This document shows positions 20,028 through 30,656 of a DNA stretch of 64,000 nucleotides, piece by piece. Position numbers and translations under genes: made by a program. The notes beneath the pieces were generated by a model that had not been told where the DNA came from, searched no databases, and was given only the letters and a program-made list of their open reading frames with translations. The stretch covers positions 448,001 through 512,000 of the forward strand of contig CAXXXF010000003.1 of assembly GCA_963667175.2 (NCBI GenBank), read 5' to 3'. Numbering within the stretch: the stretch's first letter is position 1; the number at the start of each line of letters is the position of its first letter. Source of the DNA: Candidatus Latescibacterota bacterium. Lineage in GTDB: Bacteria; Latescibacterota; UBA2968; GCA-2709665.

Positions 20028-21725
20028 CTAGGCGCGGAACAATTCTCCCATGCGCCGACCCAGGAACCGTCCGGCCAGAAAGAGGCTGAGCATGAGAAGC
20101 AGCATACCCAGCATGCCCATTGCGCTGGCAATGTACGGACCATCCGCAATTCTGCCCATCAGCGCGTAGATTGCTTTGGTGATCGGGTAATATTGCGCCT
20201 TCAACGCAAGGATCAGACTGTCGCTGACCTCCAGCATGGCGAAAGAAAAACAGAGAATAGACCCTGCGACCAGATTCGCCAGAATAAGGGGGAACGTAAT
20301 CTGCAACGTTGTCCGCAGGGGTGAGGCGCCCACGTTCCGGGCGGCCTCCTCGAGGGCGACGCTGGTTTGCTGGAATCCGGCGTAGGCCGATCTGACCATG
20401 TATGGCAGCCGTCGCACCGCGTATGCGATGACAAGCAACGGAACCGGATTGTGTCTCGCGTCCAGAAAGGTCCCGGAAAACCCGGCCAGATATCCGAACG
20501 CCAGCACCGGGCCCGGAAGGGCCAGGGGCAGCATTGCTACCGTATCCAGCGCGCCCCTGCCGGGGATCCGGGTCCGGGCAAGCAGCCATGCAATGGCGAT
20601 GCCAAGTACCACGTCGCAGATTGTGCTGAGTGTACTCAACATCAGGCTCATTGTGACGCTGGGGCCGGCAATCGGATGCCGATATACCAGCGGGTAGTAT
20701 TTGCCGGTAATCTCCTGGGGCCAGATCGACATGAACCAGCGTTCGGAGATCGAGGTCAGCAAGACACTCAGGTGAGGGATCAGCGCCATGGCCGTCAACG
20801 AAATCATGAGTGCATAGATGAACGCGGTCATCCTGGTTGATGCCCGGCGGCTCGCGGATCCAACGTGTCCACGCGCCCCCATTTCGTACCGCTTTCCGCC
20901 CAACAAGAGTTTGGAAAGGCAGAAAAACAGCAAGGTCAGCAAGAGCAGGAATACCACGAGCGCGTACGCCATGGGGTTTTCGTTGATATCCGATATTGCA
21001 TTGAATATCTCAACCATAACCACCTGACGGTAGTTGAAAATCAGCGGTGTTCCCAGGTCCGTAAACGCCCAGATGAAGACAATGATCGCGCCGGCGAAAT
21101 ATCCGGGCAACATCAGCGGAAACGTAACGGTTCGAAACAGCCTGAAACCGCGGGCGCCCATATTGCGGGCGGCCTCCTCGAGGCTGGGGTCGATATTCGC
21201 CAGCGCCGCCGCCACGTTCAGGAACATAATGGGATAGAGGTGCAACACCTGCAGAATGACGACACCCGCAAAGCCGCCCCCGAACCAATCGACCGGTTGG
21301 TCGATGATTCCCAGTTCGAGCAACAACAGATTGATGGATCCGAATCGGGCGAACATTTGCTTCATCCCGATCGCGCCCACGAATGGCGGCAGGACCATGG
21401 GCACCAGGATCAGACCGTTGAGGACGTTCTTTCCCCTGAAGTCGTACCGTACCAACAGGAACGCGACAGGCAGGCTCAGGAGTGTCGTTGCAACCGTCGT
21501 GAACATGCCCAGGCGAAAACTGTTCAGGATCATTTCTATATAAATCGGATTGCTTGCCATCAGCTCGAAAAATACGAGCGAGGGTTCTCCATTTACCCAC
21601 AGGGCACGCACAACGGCATACCAGAGCGGATAGAACAGGAAGCAGAGGAAAAAGGCAAACAATCCCGCGAGAAACAGGAACCTGGGGCCGTTCAGGTCGT
21701 ATCGATCAAGAAGCGCTGTCTTCAC
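20028..21725 (-). CDS. ABC transporter permease, FbpB/ThiP-like
   Basis: Two EAA loops (LEEAARNMGA, LEEAARNVGA), many TM segments. Confidence 0.92.
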   Translation of the reverse strand: MKTALLDRYDLNGPRFLFLAGLFAFFLCFLFYPLWYAVVRALWVNGEPSLVFFELMASNPIYIEMILNSFRLGMFTTVATTLLSLPVAFLLVRYDFRGKNVLNGLILVPMVLPPFVGAIGMKQMFARFGSINLLLLELGIIDQPVDWFGGGFAGVVILQVLHLYPIMFLNVAAALANIDPSLEEAARNMGARGFRLFRTVTFPLMLPGYFAGAIIVFIWAFTDLGTPLIFNYRQVVMVEIFNAISDINENPMAYALVVFLLLLTLLFFCLSKLLLGGKRYEMGARGHVGSASRRASTRMTAFIYALMISLTAMALIPHLSVLLTSISERWFMSIWPQEITGKYYPLVYRHPIAGPSVTMSLMLSTLSTICDVVLGIAIAWLLARTRIPGRGALDTVAMLPLALPGPVLAFGYLAGFSGTFLDARHNPVPLLVIAYAVRRLPYMVRSAYAGFQQTSVALEEAARNVGASPLRTTLQITFPLILANLVAGSILCFSFAMLEVSDSLILALKAQYYPITKAIYALMGRIADGPYIASAMGMLGMLLLMLSLFLAGRFLGRRMGELFRA

Positions 21726-22797
21726 CGTCGTCCTTCAGAATTGCAATCGCGTCCTGGGCGAACCGGATCCTTACGCGATCGTCAGGAAACGCTTTCTGAA
21801 CCAGCGGATGGCGGTCGACCAGTTTCACCTGTGTCCCGTCGGGCAGGTCCAGAACGTACTGTTCCGTCTCGCCCAGATAGACCGTATTCCGGATCGTTCC
21901 GGTGACGACGTGGTCTGTCTCGCCCGGCCGGCCTTCGAGGAAATCCATGGCTTCGGGACGGATGGCGCATAACACGCGGTCGTCTTTCCGGATGCCGTCG
22001 TAACCCGGCCGGCCATACAGCATTCCGACGGACGTCTCCACCCCGATCTTCTCGCCCAACTGAACGGCCCTTCCCGAAATCAGATTGATTTCGCCGATGA
22101 AATCCGCGACAAACCGGTTGACCGGCTGTGAATACAATGTCCTTGGCGCCCCCGACTGAACCACGCGTCCCGCCTTCATCACCGCGACACGCCCGGCCAT
22201 CGCAAGCGCCTCTTTCTGATCATGCGTCACGTAAATCATGGTAACGCCGAGGCTTCGATGGAGCGCCTGGATCTGCTCACGCATCTCCAGCCGCAGACGG
22301 GCGTCGAGATTGGAGAGCGGTTCGTCCAGCAGAACCACGTCGGGTTCGATTACCAGGGCCCTTGCCAGCGCCACCCGCTGCTGCTGTCCGCCCGACAACT
22401 GGTTCGGGGACCGGTCCCGGTAGGCTTCCATCCGGACCATCTGCAACGCCCGATGGATCCGTTCAGTGCGTTCTTCATGTGTAACGTTGCGCAAGGAAAG
22501 GCCGTACTCCACGTTTTGCCAGACGGTCATATGCGGCCACAGGGCGTAGTTCTGAAAGACCATTCCCGTGTTGCGCTTTTCCGGCGGTACGTCAGTTACG
22601 TCCCGATCGTCAAAAAACACGCGGCCGCGTTCCGGCTTGTAGAATCCGGCGATCGTTCTCAACAGCGTGGTCTTGCCGCATCCGGAGGGCCCCAGCAGGA
22701 AGAAGAATTCGCCTCTTTCGATTTCCAGATCGACGCGCTCAACCGCTGCAACGCTGCCGAATTCCTTTGTGACGTCCATCAGACGAACACGCACCAT
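21706..22797 (-). CDS. ABC transporter ATP-binding protein (FbpC/PotA-like)
   Basis: [25 protein letters not shown]-like C-terminus. Confidence 0.95.
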   Translation of the reverse strand: MVRVRLMDVTKEFGSVAAVERVDLEIERGEFFFLLGPSGCGKTTLLRTIAGFYKPERGRVFFDDRDVTDVPPEKRNTGMVFQNYALWPHMTVWQNVEYGLSLRNVTHEERTERIHRALQMVRMEAYRDRSPNQLSGGQQQRVALARALVIEPDVVLLDEPLSNLDARLRLEMREQIQALHRSLGVTMIYVTHDQKEALAMAGRVAVMKAGRVVQSGAPRTLYSQPVNRFVADFIGEINLISGRAVQLGEKIGVETSVGMLYGRPGYDGIRKDDRVLCAIRPEAMDFLEGRPGETDHVVTGTIRNTVYLGETEQYVLDLPDGTQVKLVDRHPLVQKAFPDDRVRIRFAQDAIAILKDDGEDSAS

Positions 22798-22838
22798 GGA
22801 TCGGCCTCAAGTCAGGGATTCAAGGACACCGGGAGGAA

Positions 22839-24287
22839 TCACGACGCCCGCTTTCGCGAGAACGAAGTACCCCGTCCGACCGTTCGTGGCGAGAAATTGG
22901 CCAGGTGGAGCGCCATGGCGACCGCGAGGCCCAGCGGGAACAGGAGTGTCACCCAATCCAGAAGACGCGTTTGGAACGGTGGGAGGGCGTCGCCGTATTT
23001 GTCGCGGGCGAACTCGGTCCAGGACGCAAGGGTCTTGTTGCGCAGTTCCGAGTCCCGCCAGCGAGCGCCCAGCCGGACGCAGGCGTCCTCGCTGACCGGT
23101 ACCGCAGAAAGCCGGCGAACAATCCCCGGAGTCATGCCGTGTCCGATCGCCGTTCTCCAGGCGTCTTGCAGTTGTTCGTGGGAATCGATCACCATAGCCC
23201 CGATCAGGTCGTTCAGCACGCGCCACCGTGCGGACGCCTTTTCGGAGTCATAGACGAGATCCGACGTCCACTCGAACGGGTTCAATGAAACGGCCGCTTC
23301 GTCGGTATACCGTCGGTAAAGATCGGGCAAGACCGTAAACCGGTTCAACGCGGTTTCCACGGGGCCCCCCGGTACGCCTTTCTTCAGAAACCATAATTTC
23401 TGTCCCGCATCCGACATGACAAATTCGATGAATATCCGCGCCGAATGCAGGTTGGGCGCGCCTTTCAGGATCGCGACCCCGTCGGGATTGACGATGGTCA
23501 GATTGTCGGGCATCGTGAATCCGATATTTTCCGGTCCCACCTGGCTGACCTGGGCCCAGGCATAGAAGTCGATGGACAGACCGTAGGCCACTTCGCCGGC
23601 GGCGACGTCCTTAGGCGCCTGGGCGCCACCCGAGGCGAAGTTGCGGACGTTGGCGCCCAGTGTGGTGATGACCTCCCATCCCCGCTCCCAACCGTATGCC
23701 TGCAGGATCAACTCATAAGCCATATGTACGCTTCCGCTGCTCCGAGGATCGCCCGACCCGACCCACGAATACAACGCCGGATCTCCCAGGTCGGCCCAGG
23801 TTCGCGGCAGCGGCAGACCCAAAAGATCGAGTACCGCACGGTTGTAGACAATGCCGAAACCCGCCAGGGTGGCGCCGTACCAGCGGCAATCGGGATCGTA
23901 AAGAGGCACGCCGCCGATTTTTGCGGGCAGACGATTCAGTAGAACGTCCGGAAGGCGATGGGCCGAGAATAAGCCCGTGTCGGCAAGTTCCATAAACGGA
24001 TCCATGCCGCCGCCGAAAAAGACATCGATTCCGACGCCTGCCGGGGCGCGACCGAACTCCGACTTGATATATTTCAGTATCGAGCTGGTGCCGCCACCGA
24101 CGTCCAGCCATTCCAGGACGATCTCCCGTCCGGTCAGCCTGACATAATGCGACTTGAAAGCCGCCTCGAATTCGTTCTGGACGCCGTCCGGATGCGGCGA
24201 GATCAGCACCAGCCGGTCCATCGCGGCCGTCGTGGCGACGGGATTGAGGGTACAGAAGAAAAACAACGGTAGGAGTCGGATCTTCAC
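22839..24287 (-). CDS. ABC transporter substrate-binding protein
   Basis: Signal peptide, DVFFGGG, DPRSSGS, PDGVAILKGAP; extra C-terminal hydrophobic helix. Confidence 0.85.
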   Translation of the reverse strand: MKIRLLPLFFFCTLNPVATTAAMDRLVLISPHPDGVQNEFEAAFKSHYVRLTGREIVLEWLDVGGGTSSILKYIKSEFGRAPAGVGIDVFFGGGMDPFMELADTGLFSAHRLPDVLLNRLPAKIGGVPLYDPDCRWYGATLAGFGIVYNRAVLDLLGLPLPRTWADLGDPALYSWVGSGDPRSSGSVHMAYELILQAYGWERGWEVITTLGANVRNFASGGAQAPKDVAAGEVAYGLSIDFYAWAQVSQVGPENIGFTMPDNLTIVNPDGVAILKGAPNLHSARIFIEFVMSDAGQKLWFLKKGVPGGPVETALNRFTVLPDLYRRYTDEAAVSLNPFEWTSDLVYDSEKASARWRVLNDLIGAMVIDSHEQLQDAWRTAIGHGMTPGIVRRLSAVPVSEDACVRLGARWRDSELRNKTLASWTEFARDKYGDALPPFQTRLLDWVTLLFPLGLAVAMALHLANFSPRTVGRGTSFSRKRAS

Positions 24288-24466
24288 GGCTGTCCCATCG
24301 GTCTCGACGCAATCGTTGGTTTTTTGTACCGCTGTTGCGGTCGGAATGGTACCGCAGCCCCCCAACCATGTCAATTTCTTTTTCCGGTCTTTCGGCGGCG
24401 CCCACAACAAAAAACGTCCCAATCCACAGGACTGAGACGCATGCGTCGGGCGTTGCGACAGGCGAA

Positions 24467-25657
24467 TCACGGGCCGATATCCTCAACGCTTCCGATCTTG
24501 TTTCCCGTAGGATCGCTAAACCAGATTCTGCCGAGCCGATCAACGGTCAGCCGTCCGACGCCTGAGACCGAAGACGGCAGTTCAAGAATCCGGATGCTGG
24601 AAGCCTCGGGATCGAATCGGGCGATATATCCTGACTGATCACCAGCGTACCAGATTCGGCCGTTCGTGTCCGCGGCCAGCGAGGTTGGATCGGGCCCGTC
24701 TTCAGGCAGCAAGTAGCTCACGAAATCTCCCGTCGCCAGCAGGTCCCACATGTGCAGCTGGAAAGACTCCGTGGAAAACCAGATCTGCCCGCCGGCATGC
24801 AGTACGAACTGCCGTACGGTCAGGTCCTTCGCGGGTACCGCGATCTCCACGATCTCCTTCGTTTCCGGGTTCATCCGGCCGAATTTTCCCGCGGCTCGTT
24901 CCACAAATACCAGCACGCCGTCACTATCGGTAAGTATCTCGTCCAGCCCCGCGGAGGGGGTGAACACGGGATACTCATCGAACGTACTGCGATTGGGATC
25001 GAAACGGCCAATCTGGTTACCGGATTCCTGCGTGAACCAGAGATATCCCTTTCGGTCGAAGACGAGACCGCTGGGTCGGCTTCCCGGCGTGGGTACGGAA
25101 TACATCCGGATCTCCTGGGAAATCGGGTCGAGGCGCCCGATCGCGTTTGCAACGACGTCCGTGAACCAGACAATCCCGCGGCCGTCAACAACCAGCCGCG
25201 TGGGTCGCCCGCCGGGGGTCGGTAACGGATATTCGACGAACGTCTCGGTTGACGGATCGAACCGGCCGATCTGGTTGGCGCCCGTCTGCGCGAACCAGAT
25301 GCGGCCCAGGGCATCCACTACAATATCCCCGGGCTGGCTGCCCAGCGTCGGTACAGCGTAGACGTCCACGGACCCTACAACGTCGTCCTGTTCCACGTGA
25401 GAATGCGTCACCGTATGCTGGGCTCTGTCGTAAAGGCGCGCGAAGATCAGAAAATCCTGAAGATCGACGGCGTCGTCGCCGTTCAGGTCGAAGCGTGTAT
25501 CTTCGGTCCCGAATGCCTGAGCCAGAAGGATGAAATCCCCGAAGTCGATCACGTCGTTTTCGTCGAAATCGATGTCGGTTGTGGTCTGCGCGAACACGGT
25601 CGACAAGAGGATACCGACCAGGAGTGTCCAGACCGCTACTCTTGAAGGAATATTCAT
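24467..25657 (-). CDS. Secreted Vgb (virginiamycin B lyase)-like beta-propeller with N-terminal EF-hand/dockerin-like domain
   Basis: Signal peptide; DFDENDVIDFGDF and DLNGDDAVDLQDF; repeated G.IWF...N.IGRFDP blades. Confidence 0.8.
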   Translation of the reverse strand: MNIPSRVAVWTLLVGILLSTVFAQTTTDIDFDENDVIDFGDFILLAQAFGTEDTRFDLNGDDAVDLQDFLIFARLYDRAQHTVTHSHVEQDDVVGSVDVYAVPTLGSQPGDIVVDALGRIWFAQTGANQIGRFDPSTETFVEYPLPTPGGRPTRLVVDGRGIVWFTDVVANAIGRLDPISQEIRMYSVPTPGSRPSGLVFDRKGYLWFTQESGNQIGRFDPNRSTFDEYPVFTPSAGLDEILTDSDGVLVFVERAAGKFGRMNPETKEIVEIAVPAKDLTVRQFVLHAGGQIWFSTESFQLHMWDLLATGDFVSYLLPEDGPDPTSLAADTNGRIWYAGDQSGYIARFDPEASSIRILELPSSVSGVGRLTVDRLGRIWFSDPTGNKIGSVEDIGP

Positions 25658-25703
25658 ATCTCTCGATCGCAGTCGTAATTGCGTCAATTGAACGACAAGC
25701 GGT

Positions 25704-27185
25704 TCAACCTGTTTCGATTCCCGTGCGGGCAAGTTCAAATATGGCCCTGGCAGCTTCCAGGCGCAGGCCCGGTTCCGCGTCCGTCAGGAACCGGCGAAGC
25801 GTCGCCAACTGATTCAGGTCGCGCGACGTCGCCAATCCTCTCAACGCGGCAGCCTGAAGGATCGCTTCTTCGCTTTGTTCAAGGATCTCGTTCAGTGCCC
25901 TGGACGCCTGAACGTGCGAAATACTTCCAAGCGATTCAACGATCGCTTCCCGGATATCCAGCGACGCCTCCTGATGAAATGCCCCCAAAAGTGTATTGGC
26001 CGCTTCGGCGTCGTTGGTTTTGCCCAGAGCCTGCACAACGGCCCGGCGAACGGAAATATCCTCGTCTCGCGAAAGCGCATTCTTCAAAGCGGGGATCCGT
26101 CTGGCATCGCCGATGATTCCCAGAATTTCCGCGGCCCGCTTGCGAAACGGACGGTGCGCGCTCTTCAAATCGGGTTCCAGTTCCTCCGAAAGCTCAAGCC
26201 CATGACCGAGCTTCGCGAGCGACCAGGCCGCGATAAGCCGAAGCGGTTGATTCTTCGGGCTGTAAAAGGCGGACCGCAGGAGGTCCACCGCCGTTGAGTC
26301 CTGAACCCAACCCAGTCCCTCGGCGGCCAGCAGCCTGTCCATCGCGTCGTCCTCTTCCAGCAGCTGCTTCTTGAGATAGGCGCCAATTTCCGTCGCGGAC
26401 AGGCCTCCAAGCGCCTCGAAGCAGCGGATACGCAGGGACTGTTGCCAGCCTTTCTGTTTCGCCACCGTTTCGAGGTGGCCAATCGCTTCCGTCGTGCCAT
26501 ACGATTCGAGAGCTTCCAGCATGACCAGTGAAGTGGAAAGCTGTTTCGTTTCTTTCAGCGTATCGGCAACAGCGGACAAGCTTTGCAAATCTCCCAGCCG
26601 GGAGAGCGCCAATGCGGCGGAGGATCGTACGACAGGATCGGAATCTTCCCCAAATGCCCGACGCAGCGCCGGAACCGTCGACGAGTTCCCCAGTTGACCC
26701 AGTGCGGCGGCCGCTTTGGACCGGACCATGCTCATCTGACCATTCCCAAGCGTTTCCACGAGCCATGGACCCATCGTCTCGGGATTCAGACGTTCAAGCG
26801 CCGCCGCAACTTCCACTTTCACGAAAGCGCTTTCGGTTTTTTCGAACAGGCCCGTGAGTGCGTCGACGGCGCCCGGACCCTTCAGTCTTCCGAGCGCTTC
26901 GGCTGCACGAAGTACCACGATCTGATCAGGATGGTCGAGCAGAGCGAGAAACGCCGGTTGTGCATCCGCGCTGTCCAGACCGCCAAGGACCGTCACAGCC
27001 TCCGCGACCAGGGCGCCGTCCAGTTCGGCGTCGCGGACCAGGCCGAGTACCGTGTTCAACGCGTCTTTTTCGGCCCGTGCTACTTCCTGCGGGCCGACGC
27101 CGCAGCTCCATGCCCCGACGCAGACCAGAAGGATCCGCCCAACTCGGGAAACCGGCCACCCCCGCCCTTGCATTGACTCACGCAT
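25704..27185 (-). CDS. HEAT-repeat protein, possibly lipoprotein
   Basis: Repeated VR..AA.ALG.LG units; N-terminal hydrophobic stretch ending AWSC. Confidence 0.85.
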   Translation of the reverse strand: MRESMQGRGWPVSRVGRILLVCVGAWSCGVGPQEVARAEKDALNTVLGLVRDAELDGALVAEAVTVLGGLDSADAQPAFLALLDHPDQIVVLRAAEALGRLKGPGAVDALTGLFEKTESAFVKVEVAAALERLNPETMGPWLVETLGNGQMSMVRSKAAAALGQLGNSSTVPALRRAFGEDSDPVVRSSAALALSRLGDLQSLSAVADTLKETKQLSTSLVMLEALESYGTTEAIGHLETVAKQKGWQQSLRIRCFEALGGLSATEIGAYLKKQLLEEDDAMDRLLAAEGLGWVQDSTAVDLLRSAFYSPKNQPLRLIAAWSLAKLGHGLELSEELEPDLKSAHRPFRKRAAEILGIIGDARRIPALKNALSRDEDISVRRAVVQALGKTNDAEAANTLLGAFHQEASLDIREAIVESLGSISHVQASRALNEILEQSEEAILQAAALRGLATSRDLNQLATLRRFLTDAEPGLRLEAARAIFELARTGIETG

Positions 27186-27187
27186 CC

Positions 27188-28573
27188 CTATTCGACTCCC
27201 ACCACACAGCGAAACCCGACGTCTGACCGTCTTTCGTCGGTTTCCGCCCAGGCCGCGCCAGTACATTTCGCCCGCTTTTCATCGTCCAGCCACGAACCGC
27301 CGTAGATCGCACGAAGTTTCCTCTTGTTTCCATACCATCCGTCCACCCATTCCCATACGTTGCCAACCATGTCCTTAACGCCATAAACGTTGGGGGCTCC
27401 CTTTGCCACTTCCGTTGCGCCCGCGTCCCAGCCCAGTCCGGTTCGGCCCCTGGTGGGATCGTAACGGGTGCCGTAGGAAAAAATATCACCCTTGTCGCCC
27501 ATGCATGCCACAACCCACTCCTCAGACGTAGGCAGCCTCTTGCCGAGGGAACCGCAGTAAGCCCGGGCTTGTTCGTGCGTGATGCCGGTGGCCGGCATTT
27601 GAGGGGCGCCCGAAAATTCGTCCGGGATGTAACTCGGATCGAAGGCCCTGAACGCCTCGACGCTGACTTCGTGGGGATCGATAAAGAAGGTCTTGAAAGC
27701 GGAAGTCTCGATTTTCTTCATGCCTTCGACCTTCTTGGCGAAAGCCGCTGCCACTCGCTCCGCCTCGGCCGCGCGGGCCTGTTCTTCAGCCAGTTCGGCC
27801 TCCCGAGCCGTTTTTGCCTTTGCTTCGATTTTGGCTCTCCGGGCCGCCTCTGCCGCCCTGATAGCGGCTTTGCGGCGCGCGGCTTCCCTGCGGACGCGCG
27901 CCTGAATTCTGCGCCGGGCTTCCGCCTCCGCGTCTGCCAGCCGAATCCGATCGGCGTCCGTTAGAGATCGTGCGCACCGAAATCCGTAATTCAGCGATTT
28001 CAAATCGACTTTCGCCCGTCTGGCTGAGCCGCACCGCGTCAACCTGGGACCATCCGTCCAGGAACCGCCGTAGACCTTCTGCATCCCGCGTTCCGCGCCG
28101 GCATCGTCCACCCACTCCCATACATTGCCCGACATGTCATACAGCCCCGCCTTATTCTTTCCGAAGCTCATCACCGCCCTGGGGCCGTCGGTCCAGTTCT
28201 TCCGGCCCACCCGCGCGAGGTTGGGGTCGAAGTTGTTTCCGTAGGCATAAGCCGATCCCTCGAGGCCGCCGCAGGCCACGACCCACTCGTCGGACGTCGG
28301 CAGGCGTTTGCCCTGCGCCTCGCAATACGCTTTTGCCTGCGTGAACGAGATCGCCGTGGCCGGCATCTTCGCATCCTCGAAATAGGTGTAAGCCGGGTGA
28401 TAGTCCGGATCGAACGCCTTCATCTGCTCGACCGTCACTTCGTGCCTGCTCATATAGAATCGTTCCTGCCCGGACTGCACAAGTACCATTTCATCTCCGG
28501 ACGGCTGAGCGGGAACCGCCGCCGGAATGAACCCACCCGCAACCGCTATCGCGAAACGTGCTAGCCACCGCAC
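27188..28573 (-). CDS. Secreted protein with two FGE-sulfatase (SUMF1-like) domains and an Ala/Arg/Glu-rich helical linker
   Basis: Two copies of HEV..., KRLPT.EEW/DEW, DM.GNVWEWV, GGSW, GFRC. Confidence 0.85.
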   Translation of the reverse strand: MRWLARFAIAVAGGFIPAAVPAQPSGDEMVLVQSGQERFYMSRHEVTVEQMKAFDPDYHPAYTYFEDAKMPATAISFTQAKAYCEAQGKRLPTSDEWVVACGGLEGSAYAYGNNFDPNLARVGRKNWTDGPRAVMSFGKNKAGLYDMSGNVWEWVDDAGAERGMQKVYGGSWTDGPRLTRCGSARRAKVDLKSLNYGFRCARSLTDADRIRLADAEAEARRRIQARVRREAARRKAAIRAAEAARRAKIEAKAKTAREAELAEEQARAAEAERVAAAFAKKVEGMKKIETSAFKTFFIDPHEVSVEAFRAFDPSYIPDEFSGAPQMPATGITHEQARAYCGSLGKRLPTSEEWVVACMGDKGDIFSYGTRYDPTRGRTGLGWDAGATEVAKGAPNVYGVKDMVGNVWEWVDGWYGNKRKLRAIYGGSWLDDEKRAKCTGAAWAETDERRSDVGFRCVVGVE

Positions 28574-28574
28574 C

Positions 28575-29571
28575 TCAAAATTCCCCGAGCAATTCCTGAC
28601 GTTCGTCGCCTTCGCCAATAATCAGGCTGATGTCCCATTCGTATTGGCCGTTGGCCGGCGCCACGCCGCAGGCTTTCAATCCCCACGCGGTATCCAGGCG
28701 ATCGACCTGCGAAGTGGAGGGCTCCAGCGCCGCGTGGTGGAGGTTGTTCCATCCGCCTTCGTTTATCCACAAGCCCAGATGCGAGAGCTTTTTGGCCGGA
28801 AACAGGAAACCGATAAATTCCCCGTTCGGATAAACCAGCGCGCAGCGGCCCTGCTCCAGTCGCGTGGAAAAAAGCTTCTCGGCCTCTTTCGTACGACTGG
28901 ACCGGATCGAGGACCGGTTATATTCCTTGTCCAGGGTCAGATCCGTTACTTTGGGCCAGACATGCGGTGTCATTGGCGGCCCGAGACGGTCTTCCGTACT
29001 CATATAGGAGACAACGTCGGTTCCGGAAGGCATCAGGACGCGCGAGCGGGTTTCCACCCTGAACAGCGGGTGGAACGCATAGACGAACGGCATTTCAAAC
29101 GGGCTTTCATTCTGAACAGTGTAAGAAAACCGAATATACGGCTTTTCGCCGCGCGCCAGCGTTTCGAAGCGGACCTCGCGTTTAAACACGTAGGGAAGCC
29201 GCACGCCTCTCACCCACATCTGCAGGCGTCCCTGTTTGACTTCGTACTCCCATGGAAGCGTCCATACCTCTCCATGGTCCGGAACCGGCGTACCCCTCCC
29301 AGGGAAAAGCCGGATATGGACAGGCTTCGACGGTGGGGAAACACTCGTCCGCGCCGTCGCGTTCGTAATTCTCAAAGCGGTCCGCGTAGGCCCGGCGTCT
29401 GTAAGGTATGCTGGTGCGTGAAAGAAACTCACGTCCGGTTGCCTTATTGACGAGTGAGGTTATCTTGCCACCCAGTTCGGGTACGACAACGAGGGAGAAG
29501 AATTCGGTGTCCAGCTTTATTCCCGAAATTTCCGGCGTGAGCTCCACTTCTTCCAGCTTGAATTTATTCAT
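28575..29571 (-). CDS. Galactose mutarotase-like protein, one +1 frameshift near 29294
   Basis: VPELGGKITSL, G.DECFPT, then PDHGEVW, FHPLF, ALEP in the next frame; removing one G restores PWEGTPVPDHGE. Confidence 0.75.
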
Positions 29572-29676
29572 GCTGTCGTATCCTTTTCTTCGCATTAAGG
29601 ACCGAACGGCCGGAGGTCATTCTCGGGGACACGTTGGTTTGACGCACTGCGCAGCGAACCTGTTCCACGAATCCTC

Positions 29677-30642
29677 CTACGGAGGTCGTACGGGAATCCT
29701 CTGGTGAACCAGACGGCCGATCTGTGCAACTCCGAGCAAATCGAAATATTCCCGATCGTCGTCTCGTGGGCGAAAGGGAACGTATTCCAGCATCCGCGCC
29801 AGTACGCTGTTCTGCCTGGCGACTTCCTCCGGTATGGGAATGTTGAGCCGCCCCATCACGGTCTTCAACCGTACCCTTCCTTTACGTATCCATCCGCCGT
29901 CGTACGTGACGTCGAGCGACCCTTGCGCCGTGCGGATGATCGGGACCGGATGCTCGGCCAGTTTCAGGTCTCGCAGTGAGGTCTCGTATACTGCAATCTT
30001 GTAGGCATTCGGGCTCCCATGCTCGTCGTATCCGTCCGGATAGAGCGGTTCCTCGGCCACCATGGGTCCCAGTCCGGCGTAGAGTCTCTCTGTGCCAAGC
30101 GCAGTCGCTTCCAGACTGTAGATCGATTCCCTGCTCTCCACGTGGAAGACTTCCACGCGGAGATTCAGATGCATCCCCTCGAACGGAGAAGACCAGCTGA
30201 AGCCGTCGAAATCGCCGATCCGGTGGCTGCGTTTTATATAGTAGTGCGCCACACACACGGCATCCACGTTCCGGGCCCGGTCGATCACTTCTCGGAGTTG
30301 CAATCCGTTCCAGCCGCCCTGGTGTCTTACCTGGTATCCTCTGGCTTGAAGCGCGGCGCGGATCCCTTCGTAGAGCCGGAGTTCGTACCTGGGCGGCATC
30401 CGAAACGGGTCCCCCTGCAACTGGCGGCTGAATCCCAACACGACTCTCCCGGCGTACCGGAGCCCGAGGTTCGGATCCCGGTCCGACGCCAATACAATGA
30501 GGCCAATCCGTTCGGGCCGATAGCGCGCAAAGGCCGCCGCCGCCGAACTCGCGCCTTCGGCGAAAGCCTCCTTCCTTACTTCTGCAGGCTCGCAAGGCGC
30601 CGCCACGATACACGATAACCCGAACAGAATCAAAAAACGCAC
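29677..30642 (-). CDS. Hypothetical exported protein
   Basis: 321-aa ORF with signal-peptide-like N-terminus, co-oriented within the gene run. Confidence 0.65.
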   Translation of the reverse strand: MRFLILFGLSCIVAAPCEPAEVRKEAFAEGASSAAAAFARYRPERIGLIVLASDRDPNLGLRYAGRVVLGFSRQLQGDPFRMPPRYELRLYEGIRAALQARGYQVRHQGGWNGLQLREVIDRARNVDAVCVAHYYIKRSHRIGDFDGFSWSSPFEGMHLNLRVEVFHVESRESIYSLEATALGTERLYAGLGPMVAEEPLYPDGYDEHGSPNAYKIAVYETSLRDLKLAEHPVPIIRTAQGSLDVTYDGGWIRKGRVRLKTVMGRLNIPIPEEVARQNSVLARMLEYVPFRPRDDDREYFDLLGVAQIGRLVHQRIPVRPP

Positions 30643-30656
30643 ACACGCCCCCGGTT

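Noticed and set aside
27188-28573. FGE-sulfatase (CLec) domains as DGR targets
   Set aside because: No reverse transcriptase, and no template repeat differing only at adenines, seen in the window; the two domains are broadly diverged
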